Assembly (NCBI GenBank): GCA_934757855.1
Contig: CAKVLR010000003.1
Location: 103,106 to 167,105 of the forward strand
Source: an uncultured Clostridia bacterium
GTDB lineage: Bacteria; Bacillota; Clostridia; Christensenellales; UBA1242
Direction: 5' to 3'
DNA length: 64,000 nt
Numbering within the stretch: position 1 is the first letter of the stretch; each line of letters starts with the position of its first letter. A program made the translations under genes and the position numbers. This document shows, piece after piece, positions 47,915-57,435 of this stretch. The notes beneath the pieces were generated by a model. That model was not told the DNA's origin. It searched no databases and saw only the letters and a list, made by a program, of their open reading frames with translations.

Positions 47915-49419
47915 TATTTACTCCCTCCTTTCTTGTGTTTTTTACTATTTGAAGATTTGGTAATTTTTTGTTGCTTTTGAGATTTTTGCTTAACAATATT
48001 TGTTTCGATTTCCTGCTTTTCAAGCACTTCGTGAGTTTGCTTGTTTTGTGCTACAAAATCACTATCTTCGTTTTCTTTTAGCACTTTTTCTAGGTTGTTT
48101 TCTTTGGATTTTCGCTCTTCATCTTTAAATCTTTGTAGAAGTGGCTCTATCTTTTTATCACCTATCAAAAAGTCATACAAAAGTAGCAAACCACCTTGAA
48201 TTAGGTATGCGTAATAAGTGAGTATTCTCCAAAAAAGCATTGCCCATACAAATACGCCCGTACTTGCAAAATATGGCGCAAACGCTGATGAGAAAGAGAG
48301 TTCCGCAGTACCCGCTCCGCCTGGGATAGGAATAAAACTTACAGCCATATCACATACCATTTGAAGCACCGCAAAAGTAAACCAAAGATTTATATCAAAT
48401 GGACAAAAAATACAGTAAACAACAAACGGTATTGAATATCCCAAAAATGTTAGCAAAATACTAAGCACAAACTCGCCAAACACTAGCCAGCCACTTTTCA
48501 TAAACATACGGAATGTGGATATATATTCCTTGACCGTACGCATTAATTTCCTAAAAGTACCACGATAATCTTTGACTAAGTGCATTTTGTTGCATAGTTT
48601 AAGCAACCAAATTACAAGCCTCGGTGCTACTTTTTTACTTACAGACAGCCACACAATCGCAAAAATTAACAGTAAATTCGCACCTAAACCAATGTAAGCA
48701 AGCGTCATAACGAACGGAGAAATATTTGCATCTTTAATAACTCCAGAGCCAAAAAGCATCATTAAAAATACAATCATAATATATGTAGTTTGCGAATAAA
48801 TGTATTTTGCCAAAGGCACACTTGTAGCACTACTTGCGTTCAATCCGCGCTTATTCATATAGTAGATTTGGAATGGTTGTCCACCTGTCGAGAGTGGCGT
48901 AATATTATCGTAAAAACGGCAACACAAAGTCGATTTATAACTTAGCCACGGTCTACTTCGCCCCGTTGCTTTTCTTACAGTCAAATAAACACGCGCGGAA
49001 TCGACTATATTAATAAGCATAAACAAAGCAAGCGCAACAATCAACCACCACCAGTTTAGTTTACTTGATAACAACTCAATAAACGACACTGGCGTTTCGT
49101 TCATAAATTGATAGATAAGTATCCCGACCAAAATCGCTAGGTTAACCACCAAAAATACGATATTTAGTATGCGTTTTTTCTTGCTTCGTTGATTTTTTAC
49201 AGTTTCCATTGTGGACTGCATCAAATCTTTTGTCGCTTCTTCTCGTTTTGCTTCCTCAACTAAATGAGGTATAATATTGTCCGTTGTGATTGTGTCAGGT
49301 TCTTTCTTTTTTACCACAAAAACTTTGTGTAGATAAGACGGCGAAAAAGCCTTGCGTTTATACAAGACTGGCTTATATTCTATTGGCTTTTGATTGTCTA
49401 TCTCGCGCTCATCTGCCAT
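47914..49419 (-). CDS. Flippase-like (LPG_synthase_TM / UPF0104) membrane protein with K/E-rich N- and C-terminal extensions
   Basis: Multi-TM protein with FIPIPGGAGTAELSF, typical of the MprF-type flippase-like domain. ATG 49419 (GGTGAG RBS) is preferred over TTG 49434. Its stop overlaps the start of the next gene. Confidence 0.8.
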   Translation of the reverse strand: MADEREIDNQKPIEYKPVLYKRKAFSPSYLHKVFVVKKKEPDTITTDNIIPHLVEEAKREEATKDLMQSTMETVKNQRSKKKRILNIVFLVVNLAILVGILIYQFMNETPVSFIELLSSKLNWWWLIVALALFMLINIVDSARVYLTVRKATGRSRPWLSYKSTLCCRFYDNITPLSTGGQPFQIYYMNKRGLNASSATSVPLAKYIYSQTTYIMIVFLMMLFGSGVIKDANISPFVMTLAYIGLGANLLLIFAIVWLSVSKKVAPRLVIWLLKLCNKMHLVKDYRGTFRKLMRTVKEYISTFRMFMKSGWLVFGEFVLSILLTFLGYSIPFVVYCIFCPFDINLWFTFAVLQMVCDMAVSFIPIPGGAGTAELSFSSAFAPYFASTGVFVWAMLFWRILTYYAYLIQGGLLLLYDFLIGDKKIEPLLQRFKDEERKSKENNLEKVLKENEDSDFVAQNKQTHEVLEKQEIETNIVKQKSQKQQKITKSSNSKKHKKGGSK

Positions 49420-49516
49420 AAACTTCTCACCCAAAAAATCACTTTTCGCGACTTTATATAGTATATCTTATCATTTTATATTTTATTTGTCAAAGAAATA
49501 AACAAAAAAGGGAAAT

Positions 49517-50863
49517 TTATTCCCAGTTTTGTAAGTCGTACTTAATCAACGCAAATTCTTTTGTTTCATCGGTCACACGCAACTGTTCCGAAATATCAAC
49601 ATTAGCAACCGCTAGCACCTCGTTTCCTTTTGCCAAAACAGGCAAATAATCGCGAATACGCGCTGGCACTTTTTTATCGTTTAGATAACTTTTGATTTTG
49701 CGGATACCGCCACCAAATTTTTCGATAAAGTCACCCTCTTTTCTCACTCTCCACACAGCACCATTTGGTATTTTGCCCATATCAATTAGCAAATACCCTG
49801 CCTTCAATTCTGGTGTTTTTGTGCGTTTTACAGTGAGTTTCCCATACTCGCCAAATTTGATTGTGCCTACTTTAAAGTCCCATTCAGTGTCAATCACAAC
49901 TTTTGGTTTTTTCCTTGCCATTGTGATATATTCGTACTCTTTATAGACATCAACACTTTCAGGAAGATTGATTTTTGCGCCATTTTCACCTGTTTTTGCT
50001 AAATTACAAATCATATCAAAATGCTTACGCTCAATATTTGCCGTGACCCCTAATTTTTGGAAACAATCATCTAGCAATCTAAATACATAAGCGTTGTTAT
50101 AAACAAAATAATTTAAAGGAATTTTGATTAAATTGTCATTATATAGCACTGCATCAAATGAAATTTGTTTCCTAATCAACGCATCATCTTCTCTGCAAGT
50201 TTTACCAAAATTAGCGAGGTTTGCGTCAAGGTTTGTCCACACTTTGCGCAATTCTGGCATAATTTTTTGTCTAATTAAGTTGCGTGAAATGGTCGTATCT
50301 TGATTTGTTTCATCTTCAAGATACTCAATATCGTTTTCATAAATATATTGCATAATTTTATCTTTTGGCGTATCTAGCATAGGGCGTACATAGAAATTGT
50401 CACGCACATAGTCCATACCAGATGCCCCCTTCAAACCGCTACCGCGCAAAATGTGCATAAGTATTGTTTCGGCTTGGTCGCGTTGATGATGAGCAATACA
50501 CATATAATCTACAATTCCGCGTTTTCTCAAACTATCAAACACCCCGTATCTTGCCTCTCTGCACGCTTCTTCAAGCCCCATACCCTTTTGTTTAGCAAGC
50601 ATACCAGCCTCAACCTTGAACTTATGAAAACGAATACTATTGTTACGGCAAAATTCTTCTACAAATTTTGCCTCGACCTCATCATTTTCACGCGTTCCGT
50701 GAATAACATTGATAGCCAACAAATCAATATCAAGTTTTTCTTTGTTTTTGTTTAAAAAGTGAAGCAAAGCCATACTATCAGAGCCACCGCTCACCCCAAC
50801 ACCTACTACGCTACCCGCAGTAAAAAACTTCTTTTCCAAAATAAAATTAAGTAAATTCTCCAT
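49517..50863 (-). CDS. tilS: tRNA(Ile)-lysidine synthase
   Basis: PP-loop GVSGGSDSMAL. The C-terminal TilS substrate-binding domain is present. Confidence 0.9.
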   Translation of the reverse strand: MENLLNFILEKKFFTAGSVVGVGVSGGSDSMALLHFLNKNKEKLDIDLLAINVIHGTRENDEVEAKFVEEFCRNNSIRFHKFKVEAGMLAKQKGMGLEEACREARYGVFDSLRKRGIVDYMCIAHHQRDQAETILMHILRGSGLKGASGMDYVRDNFYVRPMLDTPKDKIMQYIYENDIEYLEDETNQDTTISRNLIRQKIMPELRKVWTNLDANLANFGKTCREDDALIRKQISFDAVLYNDNLIKIPLNYFVYNNAYVFRLLDDCFQKLGVTANIERKHFDMICNLAKTGENGAKINLPESVDVYKEYEYITMARKKPKVVIDTEWDFKVGTIKFGEYGKLTVKRTKTPELKAGYLLIDMGKIPNGAVWRVRKEGDFIEKFGGGIRKIKSYLNDKKVPARIRDYLPVLAKGNEVLAVANVDISEQLRVTDETKEFALIKYDLQNWE

Positions 50864-50930
50864 ATTTTCTCTCCTATATTTATATTATACTATAAATTGA
50901 GAGTTAATTCAATATGCTTTTTGTAAAATA

Positions 50931-53207
50931 TTAGTATTTTGCATAAATTCTGCACGCTAAAACGGTCATATCGTCTTGTGGAATATTTTTATTTTGCTCC
51001 AAAGCGAAAGAAAGTATGTCATTTGCCCAAATTTGTGGGTTAAGGTCTTGTTTTTCTAGTATAAAATTGTCCAAATCATCAAGACACGCAAAACTATCCG
51101 CAATACCATCTGTAATGAATATTACAATATCATCATCAGTAAGAGTGCAAGAGCGAATATTTGGCTTCATTTCCTCCAAAATACCCAAAGGTAATGCATT
51201 AGCCTCTAAGCGCTTGACCCCATTTTTTGATTTTATATAAGTGACAGGCGAACCAAGTTTAATTAAATCGCAAGTGCCTTTATTTAAGTCAATTACGCCC
51301 GCATCAATCGCACTAAACGCTTCTTCGCCACTCAATGTGAGCATTTTGTTGACACTAGACAAAATCAAGTTGTTGTCAAACCCAGCACGGTAAAAATTTT
51401 CTATTAGCCCCAATGCTAGACTACTTGTTTTTTCCGCATTTTGCCCGCTCCCCATTCCATCGCACAAGGCAACTAAAATTTTATTATTTCCTAATTTGAT
51501 TACCGAATGAGTGTCGCCACTTTTTTCGCTATCTGCCTTTGTCGTTCCCGCACTACCAAATAAAATATCGTACCTACTTGCATTTTCCACACTCAGTACG
51601 CTAAAACCCGCCTTTTCGCCGTTTGAGATTGACACGATTTCCATAGGCGCATTGAAAATTTTATTTGCAACTTTGATGACTTTGCTTTTGTCTAAATTTT
51701 TACTTCGCACAACCAGCGTCACACTATTAATTTCGCTATTTCGCCTATAACAAATCGCTTCGCTACACACAACCCCAGCATACATCAATTCTTCTACAAT
51801 ACGCTTTTCCAAATTTGTGTCAAAAGAAATATTTAGCGCAACTTCGTTTGCCAACGCTTGCATAACTTGCGATACTCCGTACATTTGCTCGCCTAATAAC
51901 AATTTTCCGCTATCAAGATTGTTTGTGCTTTGCAAATTACTTTTATACTCCTCCACACAACTATTTATTGCATTTATAAGTACATTCAATTTTTTGCAGT
52001 GCGCACACAAATTCGGCGGAACATCAAGTAATGACACTCGCCCGCGCTCGTACGCAAAGTGCAACATATCAATCAGAGCGTAAGTAGTTTCTTGTGAATG
52101 AATACGCAAACATTCATCACAATTATTACAAGACTTGCAAATTTTTATCTTCACTTGTTCGGCTAGATATTCTACCGCTTCATCAAAGTCTTTCACGCCC
52201 GCAACCATACCCAAAAACACATTTTTCATTTCAAAAAATACATTACTGAGTTCGGTTAACCGATTAAATAGGGCTTTTCTACTGCGATTTACGATTGTGC
52301 GAACCGCAACATCTTCTTTATCAGCAATCACAAATGAAGTAAAATTTTGCATAGTTTTGTTTGGAATAATAGCAAAAAGCAACGCACCTAAAAGGGTTGC
52401 AAGCAAGTGATAAATTTCGTACGGTGGAACAAAATATAGTCCTACTATTACATCTGCAAGCACTATCGCTATAGCACCTAGCACTCGCTTTGTACAACTG
52501 GTAGCACACACTACCAAAGAAAGTACGCAAGTGTATGCTGTAAGTAAAAAATTTCCGCCCGCAAAAGATGCGCCTAGTCCCAAAATACACGCAATGCTAA
52601 GTGTACTAGTAGCACCGAAAATATAACAAACGATTAACAAAGTAAATGCTAATACACCAAAAAATATGTATTCGCCAAATGGCACACTATATAGCCCTAC
52701 CCCTATCGCAAAAAATAACACGCTAGCCGAAATTATTTCATCAATAGTAAATTTTCGCCTTAGCCCGCGCAAAACTACATTTTGCAAAATCAAAAGATAT
52801 GCATACATTGCAATCATACCTATTATGAGTGTCAAAACGCCATTCCAAAGTTTTAGAGGAGTAATGCACGCGAAATAGAGCATACCAAATTGCGATAAAA
52901 ACGCGTACATACCTATCAAAATAAAATTGAGTGGCTTTTTAAATTTGTAGTGCATAAAGTATGCAAAACTAAACACAACCGCCGTAATTCCGCTAATTAT
53001 CACGCTTTCCAAATTGAAAAATACCAAAAATGCAGACAAAATATACAGCGGAGCGAGTAAGTAAATTTTTTGATTGCACCACACAAGCGCAAATAACATT
53101 CCAAATGCAAACGGATAAATTCCTTGTATATTTGCACTTTGCAACACATAAAACAAAGCAAAGAAAAACAAATATTTACACGCACAATACCAAATATTTT
53201 TGTCCAT
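50931..53207 (-). CDS. spoIIE: Stage II sporulation protein E (membrane PP2C phosphatase)
   Basis: 758 aa with about 10 N-terminal TM helices, a central regulatory region, and a C-terminal PP2C domain (ALCDGMGSGQNA...TDG...DDMT). Confidence 0.9.
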   Translation of the reverse strand: MDKNIWYCACKYLFFFALFYVLQSANIQGIYPFAFGMLFALVWCNQKIYLLAPLYILSAFLVFFNLESVIISGITAVVFSFAYFMHYKFKKPLNFILIGMYAFLSQFGMLYFACITPLKLWNGVLTLIIGMIAMYAYLLILQNVVLRGLRRKFTIDEIISASVLFFAIGVGLYSVPFGEYIFFGVLAFTLLIVCYIFGATSTLSIACILGLGASFAGGNFLLTAYTCVLSLVVCATSCTKRVLGAIAIVLADVIVGLYFVPPYEIYHLLATLLGALLFAIIPNKTMQNFTSFVIADKEDVAVRTIVNRSRKALFNRLTELSNVFFEMKNVFLGMVAGVKDFDEAVEYLAEQVKIKICKSCNNCDECLRIHSQETTYALIDMLHFAYERGRVSLLDVPPNLCAHCKKLNVLINAINSCVEEYKSNLQSTNNLDSGKLLLGEQMYGVSQVMQALANEVALNISFDTNLEKRIVEELMYAGVVCSEAICYRRNSEINSVTLVVRSKNLDKSKVIKVANKIFNAPMEIVSISNGEKAGFSVLSVENASRYDILFGSAGTTKADSEKSGDTHSVIKLGNNKILVALCDGMGSGQNAEKTSSLALGLIENFYRAGFDNNLILSSVNKMLTLSGEEAFSAIDAGVIDLNKGTCDLIKLGSPVTYIKSKNGVKRLEANALPLGILEEMKPNIRSCTLTDDDIVIFITDGIADSFACLDDLDNFILEKQDLNPQIWANDILSFALEQNKNIPQDDMTVLACRIYAKY

Positions 53208-53372
53208 AGTTTCACCTCAAAATAATTATAAAATAAATTTTGAAATACTGAAAATTTTTCGCTGAGAAAATAACCGCAAAATAGCAACATTTTTGGCAAA
53301 TTATGAAATTTTTTGTATAAACTTTACTTTTGATACCACTTTGTTGTATAATATAGACAAGGAGAAAATTTT

Positions 53373-54161
53373 ATGAGCAAAGTTGTAGTTGTAACAGGCG
53401 CATCAAGCGGAATAGGTCTTGCGATTGCGCAAAATTTTGAGAATTTGGGATACACGGTTTATTCATTTTCGCGCAACGCGCCTAGTGATGAAAGCATACA
53501 TTTTATGCCGTGCGATGTGAGTGATTTTGAGTCAGTAGAACACGCTTTTAGTAGTCTTATTGACCAAGAGGGCGAAATTGATATTTTGGTAAACAACGCT
53601 GGTATGGGCATTAGTGGTGCGATTGAATACGCCCCTCAACAAGACATAAAGCGTATAGTCGATGTAAACCTTTTGGGGGTGGTAAATTGTTGTCAAGTTG
53701 CCCTTCCTTATCTTCGCGAAAGCAAAGGAATGATATTAAATATTTCTTCACTTGGTGCGGAATTTACTATCGCGTTTCAAGCAATGTATTCTGCCACAAA
53801 ATCAGCAGTACTTGCGTTTAGCACTGCCTTGCGTAATGAAGTGCGCCCTTGCGGTGTGCGTGTAAGTTGCTTGCTCCCTGGTGATGTCAAGACTGATTTC
53901 ACTAAAAATCGAATTAAAAAAGAAACGCCAGAAACCGTTTATTCACAGCGTGAAAAGCGCAGTGTTGCTTATATGGAAAAATGCGAGCAAAGCGGTATGC
54001 CCGCAAGCAAAATTGCAAAAAAAGTCGTAAAAATTTGCAATAAAAAACACCCGCCAGTTAGTTTTACAGTAGGCGTACAATACAAACTCGCACGCTTTGC
54101 TTATAAAATTTTACCGCAAAAATTAGTCAACAAAATCTTGTACTCTATGTACGGGAAATAG
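53373..54161 (+). CDS. SDR family oxidoreductase
   Basis: TGASSGIG cofactor motif, NNAG, and the YSATK catalytic motif. Confidence 0.85.
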   Translation: MSKVVVVTGASSGIGLAIAQNFENLGYTVYSFSRNAPSDESIHFMPCDVSDFESVEHAFSSLIDQEGEIDILVNNAGMGISGAIEYAPQQDIKRIVDVNLLGVVNCCQVALPYLRESKGMILNISSLGAEFTIAFQAMYSATKSAVLAFSTALRNEVRPCGVRVSCLLPGDVKTDFTKNRIKKETPETVYSQREKRSVAYMEKCEQSGMPASKIAKKVVKICNKKHPPVSFTVGVQYKLARFAYKILPQKLVNKILYSMYGK

Positions 54162-54169
54162 GAGAAAAA

Positions 54170-54964
54170 ATGCGTATTTGCGTGCTTGCTAGTGGCAGTA
54201 AAGGAAATTGCACCTTCATTGAAGGCGAAAATACTAGGATTTTGATTGATGCTGGGCTTACAAAAGCAGAAATTGAAAATAGGCTCAAAATCATAGGAAT
54301 TGAGCCTGATAGCATTGATAGTATTTTGGTAACTCACGAACATAACGACCATATCAAAGGTTTGGGGGCGTTTTCGCGTGCGCACGACTGCAAGGTCTTT
54401 GCAAATCCCGACACTTGGGGCGCAATGCAAGAAAAAGTCGGCACTATTGCCCCAAACCACAAAATAGGAATATATGGTAATGATTTTTTTATCAACGAAC
54501 TCACTATTTCTAGTTTTGACCTCTCCCACGACTCCGTGCATTGTCTAGGTTTTAGCGTTTATGAGGGTAGCAAAAAATTTAGTATTGCCACAGATTTAGG
54601 CTACATAGATGACTCTATTATCAAAAACCTTGCGGACAGCAGTTTGATTGTATTGGAGGCGAATCACGATATTAATAGACTTATGCTAAACCCGCACTAC
54701 CCTATGCAATTAAAAAAGCGAATTTTATCGCGCAAGGGGCATTTAAACAACAAAGATAGCGCAGAGGCTGTGCTAAAAATGCTAGGTTATGGTATTCGCG
54801 GAATGATTGCAGGACACCTGAGTGAAGAAAACAACACGCCTGATTTAGTGCTAAAAGCCCTACAAGATACTGTGGCAATTCACGGTGGCGACCTTGCAAA
54901 AGAATTGTATGTCGATATTGCAAAACAAGACAAAGTCGGCAACATTTACCGAATAAAATCATAA
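54170..54964 (+). CDS. MBL-fold metallo-hydrolase (YycJ-like)
   Basis: THEHNDH metal-binding motif. 264 aa. Confidence 0.85.
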   Translation: MRICVLASGSKGNCTFIEGENTRILIDAGLTKAEIENRLKIIGIEPDSIDSILVTHEHNDHIKGLGAFSRAHDCKVFANPDTWGAMQEKVGTIAPNHKIGIYGNDFFINELTISSFDLSHDSVHCLGFSVYEGSKKFSIATDLGYIDDSIIKNLADSSLIVLEANHDINRLMLNPHYPMQLKKRILSRKGHLNNKDSAEAVLKMLGYGIRGMIAGHLSEENNTPDLVLKALQDTVAIHGGDLAKELYVDIAKQDKVGNIYRIKS

Positions 54965-54965
54965 A

Positions 54966-55003
54966 AAACCCCCTAAGGAACATTACCCTAGGAGGCTTTT
55001 TTA
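54966..55003. terminator. Terminator hairpin after the MBL-fold gene
   Basis: CCCCTAAGG...CCTAGGAGG imperfect hairpin flanked by an A-run and a T-run. Confidence 0.5.
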
Positions 55004-55129
55004 TTTATATGCAAAGAATGGTTAATTTTTACCACATACTGACAAATTCTATGCACTTTCCCGCAAAATTTTGTCACTATGTTACATTTTTAAATAATAG
55101 AGAAATGAAAATTTTATATAGATAACTTT

Positions 55130-56677
55130 TTATTCCCAAAAGTCGTTTGTGTTGTTAGTTTCAGTATTTATATTGTCTGTGATTTTTATAAATGTAGCCG
55201 TTACAATTTTGTTTTTAATTAGGCTGTATTGAATATTTGCACTCATTAGATATTCACCCAAATCTACGCCATCAGCGACCCAGCCCGCAAACATATAGCC
55301 AGTAAATGGCACGGCCGATAAATGTATCAAGTCTGTATCGGCTGGGTTTTCTGAGCCTATTACTCTTGCCTCTCCACCTTCTTGCGCGATAATCGCTACG
55401 CCGTTAATTTTCGTGCCACCGCTCGCAATGGTTAACTCGGGGCGCGTGTCAGCAAGTGTAATATTTAGTGTGATTGCACCCGTTATGTTGATAAATTCAA
55501 ATCTCACCATATTTGTTTCACTGGACTGGATATAGTTGATTGCAAAGCAGTTTTTAGTCTTGTAAATTCTATCTTCGTAGGCGGTGAGTTGTTGCGCATC
55601 TAGCGCATCGTTAGTTACATATGCAGAATAAATAAACATTCCGTCTTGTGGTAAAATATATACAATCTCATCATCATAGTCGTTTGTCATTTGTTTGGTA
55701 ATTGTGTAGGTGCCAGTGGTACAAGACACGGTCACTCGTAATGGAGTCGCTTGTTTTTCCCAAATTGCATAAAGAGTAATTGTTGAGCCTGTGGTAAGAG
55801 TGGTAACCATTTGACCATCTGCGTAAATTGCCGTGGATGCAGTCGAAGTTGTGTTCCAACCTAGAAAATTATAATTTTCGCGAGTAAAGGAGTTCGTTTT
55901 GAGGTTTTGAGCGTGTCCGTGTAGAAAATATTGTGTATAGTCACTACCCGTACCGCTATTTGCATTGAAAGTGACCGTATAGCCTGTTGCCTTTGTAAAA
56001 GAAGATTGTGTTGAAACCGTGCCACCAGTGTCGATATTTTTGTAGTAGTACATTGTGTAGTAGTAAGCAGCAGAATGGCTGTGAGGAATATCAGCAATGC
56101 CTTTGGTACAATCTGAGCAAACTGTTGCAGAACAGGGTTTCCCCGAAATTATCACAGTGCCACAAACGACCCTGACTTCGCCTGTTCCCTCACAATCTGA
56201 GCAAACAGTCGTGCCGAAGATATTACCAATTGTCCCCTTTCCCGAACAAGTGGAACAAGGGCGTGTTATATAGCCCGTTCCATTACAATTAGAGCAGTTT
56301 GAATTCCCAGCAATAAATCCATCACCCCCACAAGTAGAGCAACTTTCTTGCGTGGTATAGCAAGTCCCACTAGGGCTACTAGAAGTATAATCGTTTGAGC
56401 CTGAGTGCTGACTATTTGTACAGCGATAATGTTTGGTTGAACTAGAAAAAGTATAATACGAGTTATTGCTTACATAGTAAGTAGTTGAGGGGCTAAGAGT
56501 AAGTGCGGAAGCCTCGTTTTTGTGTATAAAATTTTGCTCGTTTTGCGGTAACAAAACGATTAAGGAAACAACTAAAATTGCTAGTACCAAAAGGCTTAAA
56601 AACCCTATTGATACAGCAATTTTTAGGCTATTTAAGCGCCCCCCCCCCTGGGAAATTCGGCTATTTTTATTTACCAT
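55130..56677 (-). CDS. N-terminally anchored surface protein: four DnaJ-type CXXCXGXG zinc-finger motifs, a Listeria-Bacteroides repeat, and a further beta-rich repeat region
   Basis: ATG 56677 has AAGGAG 5 nt upstream. TM anchor IAVSIGFLSLLVLAILVVSLIVLL. Zinc-finger motifs CSTCGGDG, CSNCNGTG, CSTCSGKG and CSDCEGTG. GYTVTFNANSGTG...NYNFLGWNT...ITLYAIWEK matches the Flg_new/Listeria-Bacteroides repeat. The ORF-track N-terminal extension to 56815 lacks an RBS. Confidence 0.75.
   Translation of the reverse strand: MVNKNSRISQGGGRLNSLKIAVSIGFLSLLVLAILVVSLIVLLPQNEQNFIHKNEASALTLSPSTTYYVSNNSYYTFSSSTKHYRCTNSQHSGSNDYTSSSPSGTCYTTQESCSTCGGDGFIAGNSNCSNCNGTGYITRPCSTCSGKGTIGNIFGTTVCSDCEGTGEVRVVCGTVIISGKPCSATVCSDCTKGIADIPHSHSAAYYYTMYYYKNIDTGGTVSTQSSFTKATGYTVTFNANSGTGSDYTQYFLHGHAQNLKTNSFTRENYNFLGWNTTSTASTAIYADGQMVTTLTTGSTITLYAIWEKQATPLRVTVSCTTGTYTITKQMTNDYDDEIVYILPQDGMFIYSAYVTNDALDAQQLTAYEDRIYKTKNCFAINYIQSSETNMVRFEFINITGAITLNITLADTRPELTIASGGTKINGVAIIAQEGGEARVIGSENPADTDLIHLSAVPFTGYMFAGWVADGVDLGEYLMSANIQYSLIKNKIVTATFIKITDNINTETNNTNDFWE
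56639..56648 (-). repeat. G10 homopolymer (C10 on the plus strand) in codons 9-12 of the surface-protein gene
   Basis: Counted directly: 56639-56648 are all C. It encodes Q-G-G-G-R within MVNKNSRISQGGGRLNS. Confidence 0.9.
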
Positions 56678-56877
56678 TTTGGCTCCTTTTTTCAAAGATT
56701 TTGCTCTAAATATAACAAAATTTTTGTCCACAAATCTTCGTTTATTTTTAATTATTATACTATTTTTTGCCAAAAAAGCCAAACAAAATACACACATTTT
56801 TAAAAAATTTGGCAAAAAGTGTATAATTTAGTTTAACTAGCGCAAATTAGAGATAGAAAAATTTTAGGAGAAAAATT

Positions 56878-57312
56878 ATGGCAACTAAAAAAACTACAAA
56901 TAGAAAATCAACATCTTCATCAAGCGCAAAGAGCGCTGAGGCGGTAAAAAAGCCACTTATTAGCACTGCACGCAAAATAGGCATTGCGGTATATTTCACC
57001 TTTTTAGCCACGCTAGCACTTGCGTTTGGTATCACTGTGTGGATGGCTGATGTATTCAATGCACCAAACAATTCAAACACGCCTATGACAACCGACCCAC
57101 AAACTCAAACCACCACGCAAAATGACACCCCACAACCGCAAACTTTTGGCAACCAAACCCCACCCGCTACGCAAGACACTTACCAAAACGACACATACAC
57201 ACCAAACAATGATATTACACAAAATAACGAGCAAAATCAAGCACTCGACCAGCAATACGATTTGTACTGCCCAAACGGCGAGTGTGCGCCTTTTATGCGA
57301 ATTAGTTTGTAA
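56878..57312 (+). CDS. Membrane-anchored Q/T/P/N-rich low-complexity protein, function unknown
   Basis: AGGAG RBS. Basic N-terminus, one TM helix (IGIAVYFTFLATLALAFGITVWM), a Q/T/P/N-rich ectodomain, and a C-terminal CPNGEC motif. Confidence 0.55.
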   Translation: MATKKTTNRKSTSSSSAKSAEAVKKPLISTARKIGIAVYFTFLATLALAFGITVWMADVFNAPNNSNTPMTTDPQTQTTTQNDTPQPQTFGNQTPPATQDTYQNDTYTPNNDITQNNEQNQALDQQYDLYCPNGECAPFMRISL

Positions 57313-57316
57313 CTTT

Positions 57317-57346
57317 CACGCTAGCAAATGCTAGTGTTTTTTGTTT
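57317..57346 (+). terminator. Intrinsic terminator after the 144-aa gene
   Basis: CACGCTAGCA...TGCTAGTG hairpin followed by TTTTTTGTTTTT. Confidence 0.6.
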
Positions 57347-57435
57347 TTGCAAACTATGTTGTTATTTTAAAAATAGATTACATTTTTTCTTAACACCTTT
57401 ACCTTGCGTTTCAATTACTCCAAAATTCTTTACAA

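Noticed and set aside
53208-53372. Spo0A box upstream of spoIIE (CAGCGAAAA on the minus strand).
   Set aside because: It is only a weak partial match to TGTCGAA in a very AT-rich region, with no second box. That is too weak to report.
56678-56815. N-terminal extension of the zinc-finger surface-protein ORF (MPNFLKMCVF...).
   Set aside because: No RBS precedes it. An internal ATG at 56677 has AAGGAG upstream and gives a normal short cytoplasmic tail plus TM anchor. The same reasoning trimmed the track starts of hemW, uvrC, acpS, infC, the flippase-like gene, the 43087 gene and the 46067 ORF. Several of those track starts are TTG/GTG codons translated as M.
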